Shown: positions 12,601 to 27,400 of the stretch, piece by piece
Layout of the letters: every line of letters starts with the position of its first letter
Numbering within the stretch: position 1 is the first letter of the stretch
Origin: Mobula hypostoma
Taxonomy: Eukaryota
Length of the DNA stretch: 64,000 bases
Assembly (NCBI RefSeq): GCF_963921235.1
Contig: NC_086109.1
Location: 20,896,001-20,960,000 of the forward strand
Direction: 5' to 3'
Program-made: the position numbers and the translations under genes
Notes under the pieces: model-generated
The model's input: only the letters and a program-made list of their open reading frames with translations
What the model was told of the DNA's origin: nothing
Databases searched by the model: none

Positions 12601-15379
12601 CCAAACCCCTCCCACTGCTCTAGTTAAGGATCACCATTGTGAGTTTTGTTTGGTGTTTCCTTTGATTTCTCATTATTCAACAAAGATTGTGATATGGTTG
12701 ACTCTGGTTCTTCCTGGTTGTTACAAACACCGGCTTATTACAAACGAGAAAACCCGCAGATGCTGCCTGGCCTGCTGAGTTCCTCCAGCATTTTGTGAGT
12801 GTCCCATCAGCTTATTTTCTTGATTACTATGCCTTTCTCTTTATGTTGAGGTATTCCATGTATAAATTGTTCAGCTTTTACACAGGAAATGAACATTATG
12901 TGGTGAGAAAGCTCATTTGCATGTGGAAATCACTTAATTGTCCCTCCTTCACATTTTTATGTTGTTAGTTTCATCCAAGTTTTGAAAACAGATGCGCGAT
13001 TATTTGTGTAGTTATTTTATTCCCAAATAGTGACGTGACTGTTCATGTTTCCTCCTCGGGGCAATAGTTATAACATCAAAAAGATCTAATGAGCACTGAG
13101 GGATAAATTGTGTCATTTCTGTTTTGACTGACTTATAACTGAGCCACATGGTGGCTATAAATGGGAAATATGAAAGCCTTTATTCATGAAGCGAATCTCC
13201 AGGAGAGTGAGTGTCCAGAAGAATCACACGGCATGGCAGTGTATCAGATTAATGCTGTTATGGTGGCAGTGATCACCATTTGGGGTTCAACTCCAGCGCT
13301 GTCTGTAAGGAGTTTGCAGGTTCTCCCTGTGACCGTGTGGGTTTCCTCTCACATTGTAAAGGTAGACGGGTCAGGGTTAGTAAATTCTGGGCATGCTATG
13401 TCAGGACTGGAAGCCTGGTGACATTGACGGGCTGCCCAGAACAACCCTCTGATTTAAACAAACAATGCCTTTCATTGTATGTTTCCATGTACATGTTACA
13501 AATAAAACCAATCTTTATACTTCAGCACAAAGATAGCAATTAACTATAATGTCAATCACTATAATCATCTACTTTAACATTTTGAGTATAGTCGTGTAAA
13601 TTTACTTAATTACATATCTACGATGATGGCACATCCCAACTGGCAGAACCACTTTGAAATTTCAGTACTGGAATCTGTTTCAAGAGCCAGACACCCAAAA
13701 TTTCCCTTTTGTGACAGTATTGACAAGATGGCGGCATGAATATACGACTAACCAGAAGATTAAGTGACAAAACACCTGCCCTGGAAAAAAAATCTGTCCT
13801 TAAATGGCAGGGATACACCTTTTAACAAAGTGTGAATAGTAGGAACATTCATCTGTTCATTAACACAAGAGACTCTGCAGGTGCTGGAGATCCAGAATAA
13901 TGCACGCAATATGCTGGATGAACTCAGCAGGCCAGGCAGCATCTATGGAAAGAAATGAGGCCAGGTCCTCCAGCATTTTATGATGCTGAGCCCTCCAGGA
14001 TTCCTCTATGTAGTTTCAATAGGATAGAATCACAAAGTTCCACACACATACTGATAGGTTTCACTAGCCACAAAATATCAGTCGGATGTTAAACTGTGTG
14101 CAGGTTTTGTTTTCCTGAAGACTGGTTCTTAATCATAATTCTCCATAATTTCATAACCCAGAATGGTTGCTAAATTTCAACACTAAAAGGAATATGCTAG
14201 TTCTCATTTGGTTCAATCATTTTGCATTTCTTAAAGTATTCAGAAAACCCTTACCCTTTTCTGATGTTCTGATGTTATATTTAATCATGGAGGCTCCATA
14301 CGATAAATCTATCGACTTATCTTGGTCCTGTCACTAGTTCATGCCCTTTGCATAATAAAATGTCATTTTTGAAAAGTGCTTATTTGATTCCCTAGAATTT
14401 AACAATTTGATAGAAGTGTTAACAGTGGTTTACTTGCATTTGGAAAAGCATGGGAATATTAGGAATAGTCAACACTGGCTTTATTCAGGGAAAACCCTGT
14501 CTCAAACATTGATTTTTTTTGGGGGAAAGTGATGAAGGTGATCGATGGGGGTAAGGCAGTGGATGTTGTGTGATTGAAGTTAGTTTCTCCCCCAAGGTGG
14601 AATTGTCAAATGCCAGATGACATAGGTTTAAGATGAGAAATGGAAAGTTTAAAGACATTTGCAAGGCCAGGTTTTTACATTAGAATGGACCTGCCTGGGA
14701 GGAAGTAGATGTGATAGCAATGTTCAAGAGACATTTGGACAGTCAGATGAGCAGGTAGGGGATGAAGTGTTACAGACTGTGCAGGCAGAAGGGATTGGTT
14801 TAAATTAGCATCATACTGGATGTAGGCGTCTTTTTCTCTGCTGTACTATTCCGTATTGCAAATTTTCATTCGTGACATGAATCCAATCATGTCTATAAGT
14901 ATTAATACTCAGCTGAGTTGCATTAGTGGAGATTCCAATAGATTGAAGGGTATGGACTAAAGTAAGTGTGTGTATATATATATAATATGTGTGTGTGTGT
15001 ATATATATATTATATATATATATAATATATATGTGTGTGTATATATATAATTGTGTATATATAATATGTGTGTGTGTGTATATATATATATATATAATTG
15101 TGTATATATAATGTGTGTGTGTGTATATATATATAATTGTGTATATATAATATGTGTGTATATATATATATAATTGTGTATATATAATATGTGTGTGTGT
15201 ATATATATATAATTGTGTATATATAATATGTGTGTGTGTATATATAATTGTGTGTATATATATGTGTGTGTGTGTATATATATATAATTGTGTATATATA
15301 ATATGTGTGTGTGTATATATATATAATTGTGTATATATAATATGTGTGTGTGTATATATATAATTGTGTATATATAATA

Positions 15380-15411
<32 letters not shown>

Positions 15412-18400
15412 ATTGTGTGTATATGTGTGTGTGTATATATATATAATATGTGTGTGTATATGTGTGTGTGTGTATATATATATATAATATGTGTGTGTAT
15501 ATATATGTGTGTGTATATGTGTATAATATGCGTATATGTATATATGTAATATGTGTATGTGTATATATGTGTATATATATATATAAATATATATAATATG
15601 TGTGTGTGTATATATATCAAGAGCTGATCTTGATACACACACTTTATATCTTTTGTAGTTGTATTTTACTGGTATTCTATATGAGCTTGTTATCTTGTAT
15701 TAGATTATGAAGACATGCAGTCCTCTTTTATTATCATTTAGTAATGCATGCATTAAGAAATGATACAATATTAAATGTATCTGTGAGGATATATATGCAC
15801 ACACTTTTTTCTTTTGGAGTTGTATTTTACTGGTATTTTATGAGCTTGTTATCTTGTATCTGTGAGCACTGGTCCTCAAGCCGTGGTATTGTATTGGTTG
15901 CGGCGGGGGAGGAGAACCATCCAGGCTGGGGTCAGTGCTGCACCCCCCCCCCCCCCCGTGCTTGATGGCACGTGTTTTGTACTCCCATTTATTGCCTGGT
16001 TGTGATACCATTTCTGCTTGCTATCTTGTGTGTGCTTTGTGCTGTGCTTGACTATTGGTATTGTGTTTTGTACCTTGACCTCACAATAACGCAGTTTCGT
16101 TTGGCTGCATTCATGACAATTAAACTTGAATTGTATTAGTTTAGGTAAGTGCTTCCAAATGTCCGAAACATTAACAAATTTTCAAAGGCCTTTTGTTCTG
16201 GATACCCTTGGTGGATGCATTTAGGTTTCATTAGGGAAATTCTGTTCATTTCGCCTGCTCTTTCAAATAGTTTGACCTGCTAACTCCTATTAATCATAGA
16301 ACCATTTCATTTAGATCATTCTTTAATTTTAACTCTAGCAAACCTTGACTTCAAATCACTCCACACCTTGACCCACTCTCACCACAGTATCTTTCTAGAC
16401 CAACCCCTTTTGGTAGTTTTAGATCTTAGTACGGAGCTGAGTGATACAAATCATCAAAAAGAAGCAAATTAAACTTGCACAGAATGTAAATAACTAATAC
16501 ATGCTTAACCTTTGAACTGATGTTGCTTGTCACTTGTTTGAATTTGGTCATTATTTCCGGTGGGATAGCTGGCTGATCAGTTGAAAGATTGGGCATTACT
16601 GAACGTCTGTGATTCTACTTGTTTCCAGAAATGAGTAAAATGGTCTGCCATTTTCACTTGTACTGAGGCACAGTGAAAAATTTTGTTTTGCATGCCATCC
16701 ATACAGATCTTTTCATCACAGGTAGTACATCAATGTAGAATATAGAGTTACACTTACAGAGAAAGTGCAAAACCCTAACAAGGTAGATTTTTAAGTCTAG
16801 AGTGCATCTAGTGGGAGACAGTACCATCAATTGTGGGAAATATCGCTGAGATTCTTGGGCTATAAATATATGTAATATATTTTTTCCACATGAATATAGT
16901 TCTTTGTTCACTATTTTGAATGTGCTATTTTGCTTGCTTTTTTTTTTGCACCTTGACCCTAGAGGGGGGCTGTTTCTTTCGCGGTATCTATTATGGTGGA
17001 ATGATAATTAAACTTGATTGGATCTTATTACACTAAAGGACCATTCAAGAGTCTTGTAACAGCGGGATGGAAACTTGTGTAACCTGCCCTTGTGTCTGGC
17101 AATATGTGTTTTTAGGGTTTTGTATTTTCTGCCTGAATTTTTTTTTGGGGGGGGCTGTTGAAGAAGAGGGAACGTCCAGGGTGGGTGAGGTCTTTGGCAT
17201 CCAGGGTGGGTGTGTGTTTAACGAATAGTGAGGAATGTAGACAGATTATAAGAAGAGTTTGTAAGAATTACATACATTTTAATTGTACTATTGAGAAACT
17301 TTATCCAAAGTGCTTTAAGAGCTGGTGAAGTAGAGCATAGAACATTGCAGCACAGTACAGGCCCTTTGGCCCCAGATGTTGTACTGACTTCTACAAACAA
17401 TCTAACTCATCCTTCCCAAGTAACCCTCCGTGTTACTAAACTCAAGAGTCTGCAGATGCTGGCAGTCCAAGCAACACACACAAAATGCTGGTCGAACTCA
17501 GCAGGTCAGGCAGCATCTATGGAAAAGAGTAAACAGGTCCTGATGAAGGGTCTCGGCTCGAAACGTCGATTGTTTACTTTTTTTCCATAGATGCTGCCTG
17601 ACCTGCTGAGGTCTTCTAGCATTTTGTGTGTGTACCTTAAAATTATGACCCATCGTATTAGCTATTTCCTCCCTGGGAAAAGATCTCTGGCTGTCCAATC
17701 TCTCCATGCCTTTTACCACCTTGTATACTTCTATCAATGCACCTCTCATCCTTCGTTATTCCAAAGAGAATAGGCATAGCTCACTCATAAGACATATATC
17801 CTCATAAGACATATATCCTCATAAGACAAGCTCTCTATTTTAGGCAGCATCCCGGGTAAATCTCCTCTGCATCCTCTCTAAAGTTTCTGCATCCTTCCTA
17901 TAATGAGTGGATCAGAAGTGAACGCAGTATTCCAAGTGTGGTCTGAGAATTCTGCTATTAACCCTGGTTTCTCTTTCCATGGATGCTGCCAGACTTGAGT
18001 GTTTCCAGCATTTTCTGTTTTCTTTTTCCATTTCCTTCTCCAGTGTCTATTCAGTGTGAAGCTACTGCTGTGTGGAGTACTTTAAGTGAAAAGTTCTGAT
18101 ATATTTAAATGAAGCTAACTAAATATATGACAGGGAAAGGGATGATAGAGGAAGCTGAAGGGTGTTTTTTCAGTGGTTAAACAGAAGGATATTAAAGTTC
18201 AACCAAGTATCCCACATCAGGTCTTAAATTTTTCTGAAATATTCTGCTGAACATGTTATATTATTTATGTGTTTTCTGAACATCTTTTTTCAGGAGACCA
18301 TAAATGTCCCTATTGGGGAATGTATCTGAATTCTATCAGGAGAAATCAGCTTATTTTCTTTATTCATTCAAAGCGCTTTCCAAATTATGAACAACTAACA

Positions 18401-21400
18401 TTGCATTAGACTATATACTTTATTAAAAAAGCAAGACAATCAAATGTTGTGAACCTACAGAATGATGGACAGGTAAAGGCTCCATCGTTAATCCAACCTG
18501 TCCTAAGTAAATGGTAGATTTTGTGCAGCACATGAACCATCTTGACAAAGAACCATGTGATCTCCAAAGAGGTAGAAAACTTCTCTTCAAAATAAAATGA
18601 ATAAAGATTTTGTTCTTGACTTTTTCTTTTAGAACTTGCCTGTAGGAGATTGAAATGAATTGCAGCCTAAAAGATTGGAGATATCTCTGGGACATAAGAG
18701 ATTCTGGAGATGCTGGAAATTGTGAGCAGTACACATGAAATGCTGGAGGAACTCAGCAGGTCAGGCAGCATCTGTGAAGGGAAATAAACAGTTGACATTT
18801 CAGGTCTGATGACGGGCCCAAAATGTTGGTTGTTTACTTTCCTTCACAGATGCTGTGTGACCTGCTGAGTTAGACCATAAGTTCTTCCAGCATTTTGTGT
18901 GTCCCGCTCCAGATCTGAGTTCCACTTGGAGCAAATCCAGTTCTCATTCATATATGCCAAATTTAAAAAAAAAGCTCCATGGATTTGGAACTTCAGTGCA
19001 GCTGTAGAAAGGAAGTGATGGCAAACTGTTTGGTGGTTAGACCTCATCTGGGACATGGTCCATTGGAAGCACACATTGAGAAGGAAGACAGGTTTTTGGA
19101 GAGGACATCTGAGAGAATGGCACAAGGAACTTTGGTTGTCGATCCAAGAATATTTACTAAGAGTTATACAACTTGGAAACAAGCCCTTTGGTCCAACTCA
19201 TCCATACTGACCAAAATATCTTTCTAAGCCAATTCCAGTTGCTTCCAGTGGACTTGCATCCCCCCATATACCTGTCCAAATGTCCCTTAAACATCGTAAT
19301 CGTGCTTGCCTCTACACTTTCCTCTGACAGCTCCTTCTGTATACCCTGGAAAAGATTTCTCCTTGGGTTCCCTTCATATTTTTTCCCCTCACTTAAAATC
19401 TATGCCCTCTAGTTTTAAGACTTCCCTACTCTGGAGGGGAAAAAAGACTGACTTTATCTATGCCTTTAGTAAGGTCATGTCTCTATCTCCTGCACTCCAG
19501 GGAGAGAAAAGCCCCAACCAATTGAGCCTTTCCATATTCCTCATGCCCTCCAGCCCCTGTAACCACCTTATGAACCAATGTAGCTTGATGACACCCTTCC
19601 TATAGTTGGGAGACCAGATCTGCACATAATACTCCAATGGTGCTCTCACCAATGGCCTGTACAGCTGTAGCATGATGTCTCAATTCCTGTAATTGATTTT
19701 CAGTTGATGAAGACAAGCATGCCAAACATCATCTTCACCATTCTGTTTACCCGTGACAGTGCTTTCACAGAATGATGTACCCTGTTGCCTAAATCTGTTT
19801 TGCAACATCCTCCAGGGTCCTTCCATTTACTGTGCAAGTTCTGCCTGGGTTTAACTAAGCAAGTTATGTGAAATTCCACCTGCTGTTGCTTGGCCCGGCT
19901 CCTCAGTTCATCTGGGTCCTTAGATTACTTTCTTCACTCTCCACCACACAACCAATCTGCAAATTTACTCACCATTTTAATAACATTGTCATCCAAGCCA
20001 TTAATATAAATGACATTGATTTTTTTCTGACTACTTCCTCTCAGCCGATGGTTGTATTCAAGAGACCGGCTCACCCTGGATCCCATGATCTCACCTTCCA
20101 GACCAGCCCACCGTGCCTGAACGATCTTGTCGAAGGTCTCGCTAAAGACCATATAAATGATGTCTGCTGTTCTGCCCTGGAAGTTTAAAACAAAGCCTTC
20201 AAAATGAAGAGTGTTGATAGAAAAATGATTCCCTGATAGGGTCAGGAACTAGAGCTGCAGAGTTAAGACAACAAGATTAAAAATAGCTCTCTTTTTATTG
20301 CTAATTATGATCTGAAACGTGTATGAAGGACTGAAGGGGATTCATTGGTGAAGTTTCAAAAGGAAATAGAGCAAATGCCTGAAGAAAAAGTCTGATGAAC
20401 TGAAGAAAGCTGCAGGAGGAGAAAGATTAAATTGGATAATTACTGTAAGGAGCCATCTTTGGTATGATGGACCATTTTGCCATTACCTGTGTAATTAGAG
20501 TTTATTATCACTGTTTTCCTAAGAAGCATCATTTGCTTTGAAACACATCTGTGAGCCATTGCGTTTTTTTTTAATATACTGTATATTGGATTTAACTTTC
20601 AGGTGCTAAACTGTATACCAACGGCCCATATCCTGGCTTGTGCACCATCTAACAGTGCTACTGACCTGCTCTGCCAACGAATCAGGAGGTCTGTTGAGAA
20701 AAGACATATTTACCGCCTCAATGCTGCCAGTCGGAACTGGGACTCCGTCCCCTCGGATGTGAAGGTAGGACTGTACTGCTGTTGCTCACAACTCAGCTTC
20801 CTGTGGATCTTACCTTCGGAGTCAAAAGCTCGGATGTGTGAGTGAAGCAAAGCCACTACCAAGTACAATGAGCTGGTGAGAATGTGGAATTTTACTTCAG
20901 GGGGTCATGGTGTTGTATAGATGCATTTAATAAGAAAAATAAAGGGGAATGAATGCTGTTGAGACATGAGACTGAGGACGCTGGAACCTGGAGCAACAGG
21001 CTATCTTCAGGCCGAGCAGCATCTGTGGGAGAACATCGACTATCAACAATCAACTGTCACACAGATACTGCTCCATCCTCTGAGTTCCTCCAGGAGATTT
21101 CTTGTTGTGGAGTATTGTGTGGTGTATAAAGTGTTTTGTGGCACATTTTTCTGTCTTGTACCATTGCGTGCAGAAGGTAGTTTCACTCTGGGACTGCTCA
21201 GTTTAGCTCCAGCTTTTAAATCAGAAAGGAGATTCTAGATCAACTAGATTTAGTGTTGTATAGTCACTTCCCTGCCCACAGAGCGGATGCTGATTGTGAA
21301 ATGTCACACAGACGATGTAGGAGAGCTCTTTGAGATGCTGACTGAAGCACAAAGATCTTTACTCTTTGCCATACTGTGTTTGATAAAAAGACGTGGAGGG

Positions 21401-24400
21401 CTTTACTCATTGATCCTGCTGTGACTGTATTTGTAGGACAGTGACAAATCTGTGCCCTTTGAGGTGAAGTCATAGAGTAAAAAAAGTACAGCACAGAAAC
21501 AGCTCATCTAGTCCAATTAAACTGCCTATAATCATTGACCTGCAACAGAACCCTAGCCCTCCATTCCCCCTACCATCCATATGCCTAATAAAACCTCTCT
21601 TAAACATTGAAATGGGGCTCACGTGCACCACTTGCACAGGCAGCTCATTCCACACTCTCACAACCCTCTGAGGGAAGAGGTTTCCCCTTAAACTTTTGAC
21701 CTCTCACATTTAACCCATGACCTCTAGTGTGGGATTGTTTAAAACTAGTTTACTCCCTTTTCTCTCTCATCTCTCTATCGCCTTCCTTCAGATGCTGATG
21801 TGTCTCTTGCACTACCAAGTCTTAAGGAAAAGTTCTGCATCTCCTGAGGGAAACACGGCAGCCTAATTGGTGCAAAGAAAACTCCCAGAGCTGCAATGTA
21901 ATTACAACTGATCATTTTCTTTAGTGAAGCTAATTGCAAGATAAATGGTGAAGACACTGGGGAGAATCTGTACTGAGAGGCTTGTGGCCACTCTTCAGCT
22001 GACAAGTTCTTGATTTAGTTCCTCCAAGCTCCCACAGCACATCCTTGGGAAGTGTGTGTATGTTTCGTGCTTAATTCTCCACATTGAGATGAGAGCACTG
22101 TCAGTGAAAGCTGCATTTACAGGCCACTTAATATGTCAAAATGCTTTGCAGCCAATGAAAAGCTTGTCATTGAAAAGACATTGATAGAATCGATGTGATG
22201 ATGTTGTTTTGTGGCACAGTAGCGTAGCACGTAACAGCACCAGTTGTAAGATTGGGGATCAATTTCTGCCCGTCTGTAAGGAGCTCGTACGTTCTCCCCG
22301 TGACCGAGTCAGTTTCCACTGCGTTTCTGGTTTCCTCTCACATTCTAAAGAAGTATGAGTTAGGGTTCATAGATTGTGGGCATGCTACGTTAGTGCCAGA
22401 GGCATGCCGACAAAGTTGCGGGCTGCAATCAGCACGCTCTCGATACAAACGACGCACTTCACTGCATGTTTCAACATACATGTGACAAATAAAGCTAACC
22501 TTCTCTATTTTCCCCTTTGTCTCTTGGAGTCATAGACTCGAAATGAGGGGTTGGCCACAGGAGGCTGAACTGAGGTGAATCTTTTTCACCCAGACAGTGA
22601 TTTGCCTTTGGAATTCTCTACTCTAGAATGACACATTCAAATGCAATCAGTTGGGTTTCTACACAGGAAGTGTAATGACTGAAGATAATTAACTCTTCTT
22701 GTCTGATACCTTCATCCCCAAATAATACATGATATTGTTTTCTGATAGGAGTACTCCAACTGGAATGAATCTACTAGGAGTTATGAGGTCCCATCCAAAG
22801 ATGTGCTAAAGCAATATCGAGTCATTGCCAGCACTTTGATAACTGCTGGAAGGTGAGTAATGAAAACGGTGTGACTTGTGGTAACCTTACTATAATGTTA
22901 TAGAAACCTACAGGACTGAAGGATATTGGCTCTGTGTCACTTATATTTTTTTTAAAAAAGGAACTTTATTTAGTCCCATTCCCTGCCCTTCCTCAAAGCA
23001 CTAAATCAGGGGTTCCTAACCTGGGGTCCTTGGGCCCCTTGCTTAATGATGTTGGTCCATGACATATGGTTGGGAACCTCTGCTCTAAAACCTAATGATT
23101 AAAGTATTTATCTAATCACATTTGGAAAGATTCTAGTTCTTTCTTCATACTCCGTGAGTAATCGGAGTATTTCAAGAAATGTTTTTTTTTAACCTTCTGG
23201 TTACCAGTCGTCCTGACGACGGAAAGCATTTTTCATTAACAGGACCCCTCATGATTTTGAACATACACCCCCATAACTTCCTCTGCTCTTAAGAAATGTA
23301 ATAATTTAGGTTATTGAACTGATGCCTCTTTTGCAACGAAAATAAACAAAGCCATTCTATATTGTGGGTGAACGTGTCCCAATCATTAGTATTCTGTCAA
23401 CCAATGTTGGCATCAATGTTGTGAGTTGATGTATTGTATAGCCAGTAGATAAGTTATCTTAATAGCAATTCCCTCTTCTCTGACACCCAAAACAATACAC
23501 TGCACTATACTTAAATTTTTTTCAGTTATATAAAGAGTAAAAGGGAGGTCAGTGTTGATGTTGGACCACTGGAAAATGATGCTGGTGAGGTAGTAATGGG
23601 GACAAAGAAATAGCAGATAAGCTTAATGGGTACTTTGCATCCGTCTTCACTGTGGAAGACACTAGCAGTGTGCCAGATGTCCATGAGTGTCAGGGAGCAG
23701 GAGAGAGTGCCGTTGCTTTTATAAAGGAAAAAGTGCCAGGCAAGCCCAAAGGTCTTAAGGTGGATAAACCACCTGGACCAGATGGACTACATCCCAGAGC
23801 CCTGACAGAGGTTGCTGAAGAAATAAAGGATGCTTTGGGCATGATCTTTCAAGAATCACTTGATTATGGCATGGTCCCAGAGAACTGGAAGTTTGCAAAT
23901 GTCACTCCATTCTTTAAGAAGGGAGGAAGGAAAAAGAAAGGAAATTATGGGCCAGTTAGCTTAACTTCCATGGTTGGGAAAGCGTTGGAGTCTATTATTA
24001 AGGATGAGGTTTGGGAGTACTTGGAGACTAATGATAAAATAAGTCAAAGTCAGCATGGTTTCTGTGAAAAGAAATCTTGCCTGACAAATCTGCTAGAATT
24101 CTTCAGGGAAATGACAAGCAGGAGAGGCAGTGGGTGTCATTTACTTGGATTTTCAGAAAACATTTGATAAGGTGCCAGACATGAGGCTGCCTAACAAGAT
24201 AAAATCCTGTGGCATTACAGGGAAGATACTGGCATGGATAGAGGAATGGCTGACAGGCAGGAGTCAGTGAGTGGGAATAAAGGGGGCCTTTTCTGGTTGG
24301 CTGCCAGTGACTAGTGGTGTTCCCCAGGGGTCAGTATTGAGACTGCTACTTTTCACATTGTTTGTCGATGATTTGGATAATGGAGTTGATGGCTTTGTTG

Positions 24401-27400
24401 CAAAGTTTGGGGATGATACGAAGTTGGGTGGTGGGGTAGGTGGTGCTGAGGAAGGATTGCAGCAGGACTTGGGCAAATTGGAAGAATGGGCAAAAAAGTG
24501 GCAGATGGAATAGTGTTGGGAAATGTACGATAATGTATTTTGGTAAAGGAACAATAGTGCAGACTACTATCTAAATGGGGAGAAGGTTCAAACATCAGAG
24601 GTGCAGAAGGACTTAGGAGTCCTTGTGAAAACTCCCAGAAAGTTAATTTACAGATTGAGTCTGTGGTAAAGAAGGCAAATGCAATGTTGGCATTTATTTC
24701 AAGGGGAATAGAATAGAAAAGCAAGGAGATAATGCTGAGCCTTTAGAAGACACTAGTCAGACTGCACTTGGAGTATCGTCAACAGTTTTCAACACCATAT
24801 CTCAGAAAGGATTTATTGTCATCGGAGAGAGTCCAGAGGAGGTTCAGGAGAATGATTCTGGGAATGAAGGGGTTAACATATGAGGAGTGTTTGGCAGCTT
24901 TGGGCCTGTACTCACTGGAATTTAGGAGAATGCTGGGGGGATCTCCATTGAAACGTACCGAATGTTGAAAAGACTAGATAGGGTGGATGTGGAGAGGATG
25001 TTACCGATGGTGGGGGTATCCAGAATAGAGGGCACAGCCTCAAAATTGAATGGCAACCCTTTAGAACAGCAGTAAGGAGGAATTTTTTTTAGCCAGAGAG
25101 TAGTGAATCTGTGGAATGCTCTGCTGCAGACTCCAGTGGAGATCAAGTCCGTGGCGAAACTTAAGGCAAAAGTTGATATTTTCCTGCTTGGTCAGGGCAT
25201 CAAGTGATATAGTCATACTTTATTGATCCCGAGGGAAATTGGTTTTCGTTACAGTTGCACCATAAATAATTAAATAGTAATATGTAAATTATACCAGGAA
25301 ATAAGTCCAGGACCAGCCTATTGGCTCAGTGTGTCCGACCCTCCAAGGGAGGAGTTGTAAAGTTTGATGGCCACAGGCAGGAATGACTTTCTACGACACT
25401 CTGTGTTGCATCTTGGTGGAATGAATCTCTGGCTGAATGTACTCCTGTGCCCAACCAGTCCATTATGTAGTGGATGGGAGACATTGTCCAAGATGAAGAT
25501 GGCATGCAACTTAGACAGCATCCTCTTTTCAGACATCACCGTCAGAGAGTCCAGTTCCATCCCCACAACATCACTGGCCTTACGAATAAGTTTGTTGATT
25601 CTGTTGGTGTGTGCTACCCTCAGCCTGCTGTCCCAGCACACAACAGCAAACATGATAGCACTGGCCACCACAGACTCGTAGAACATCCTCAGCATCATCG
25701 GACAGATCTTAAAGGCTCAGTCTCCTCAGGAAATAGAGACAGCTCTGACCCTACTTGTAGACAGCCTCAGTGTTCTTTGACCAGTCCAGTTTATTGTCAA
25801 TTCGTATCCCCAGGTATTTGTAATCCTCCACCATGTCCACACTGACCCCCTGGATGGAAACAGGGGTCACCGTTCCCCTAGCCCTCCCCAGTTCTACCAC
25901 CAGCTCCTTAGTCTTTTTCACATTAAGCTGCAGATAATATTGCTCACACCATGTGACAAAGTTTCCTACTGTAGCCCTGTACTCAGCCTCATCTCCCTTG
26001 CTGATGCATCCAACTATGATAGAGTCATCAGAAAACTTCTGAAGATGACAAGACTCTGTGAGTAGTTGAAGTCTGAGGTGTAAATGGTGAAGAGAAAGAG
26101 AGACAAGACAGTCCCCTGTGGAGCCCCAGTGCTGCTGATCACTCTGTCGGACACACAGTGTTGCAAGCACATGTGCTGTAGTCTGCCAGTCAGGTAATCA
26201 ATAATCCATGACACCAGAAAAGCATCCACCTGCATCGCTGTCAGCTTCTCCCCCAGCAGAGCAGGGCAGAAGGTGTTGAACACACTGGAGAACTCAAAAA
26301 ACATGACCCTCACAGTGCTCGCTGGCTTGTCCAGGTGGGTGTAGACACGGTTCATCAGGTAGACGATGGCATCAACTCCTAGTTGGGGCTGGTAGGCGAA
26401 CTGGAGGGGATCTAAGTGTGGCCTAACCATAGGCCGGAGCAGCTCCAGAACAAGTCTCTCCAGGGTCTCCATGATGTGGGAGGTCAATGCCACCGGTCTA
26501 TAGTCATTGAGGCCACTGGGGCGCGGTGTCTTCGGCACAGGGACGAGGCAGGATGTCTTCCACAGCACAGGAAATCTCGGGAGCCTCAGGCTCAGGTTGA
26601 AGATATGGCAAAGTACTCCACATAGCTGAGGGGTACAGGCTTTGAGCACCCTGGTACTGACACCATCTGGGCCTGCAGCCTTGTTTGGGTTGAGACATTT
26701 CAGCTGTCTTCTCACCTGTTCAGCTTTGAAGCCCACCATGGTGGTTTCGTGGGGGGAAGGGGTATAGTCATGAGAGCAGGGTGGGGGACTGTGAGGAGGG
26801 GTAGGAGGGGAGAGTGGAATATGTGTTGGTTGGGGGCCAACAACAGATGAATCATGTGGGGGATAGGCAGGGGCCACAATGTCAAATCTGGTAAAGAACA
26901 GGTTAAGTTCATTGGCCCTGTCCACACTGCCTTCTGCTCCTCTGTTGCTAGTTTGCCGGAACCCAGTAATGGTCCTCATCCCACTCCAGACCTCTCTAAT
27001 GTTGTTCTGCTAGAGTTTCCACTCAAGCTTCCTCTTATACCTGTCTTTAGCCTCCCTGATCCTGGCTTTCAGGTCCCTCTGTATTCCCCTCAGCTCCTCC
27101 CTATTTCCATCTCTAAACGCCCTCTTTTTAGTGTTCAGGATGTCCTTAATGTCCTTTGTTACCCATGGCTTGTTATTTGAGTAACAAAGGACAGTTCTTG
27201 TCGGAACGTTGCAGTCCACACAGAAGTTGAGGTAACCAGTGATATGGTGAGAAGGCAGATGTATGGGGTTAAGTGAAATCCAGGATAAGCCATGATGGAA
27301 TGGTGGAGCAGACTCGATGGGCTGAATGGCCTAATTCTGCTCCTGTACAAGACATTCTGCAGATGCTAGAAATCCAGAGTAACACACGCAAAATACTTGA

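Noticed and set aside
14811..15642. Long ORFs (275 and 210 aa) rich in Y/I/H/T
   Set aside because: Translation of the TA/TG microsatellite; no coding signal.
22746..22751. NAGNAG tandem acceptors (TAG GAG here; CAG GAG at 54909-54914)
   Set aside because: A distal GAG acceptor is rarely used, and there is no supporting evidence.
23208..23230. gtcgtc-CTGACGA-cg-GAAA resembling a hammerhead core
   Set aside because: No room for stem II, no matching stem I or III, and no Penelope flanks; likely chance.
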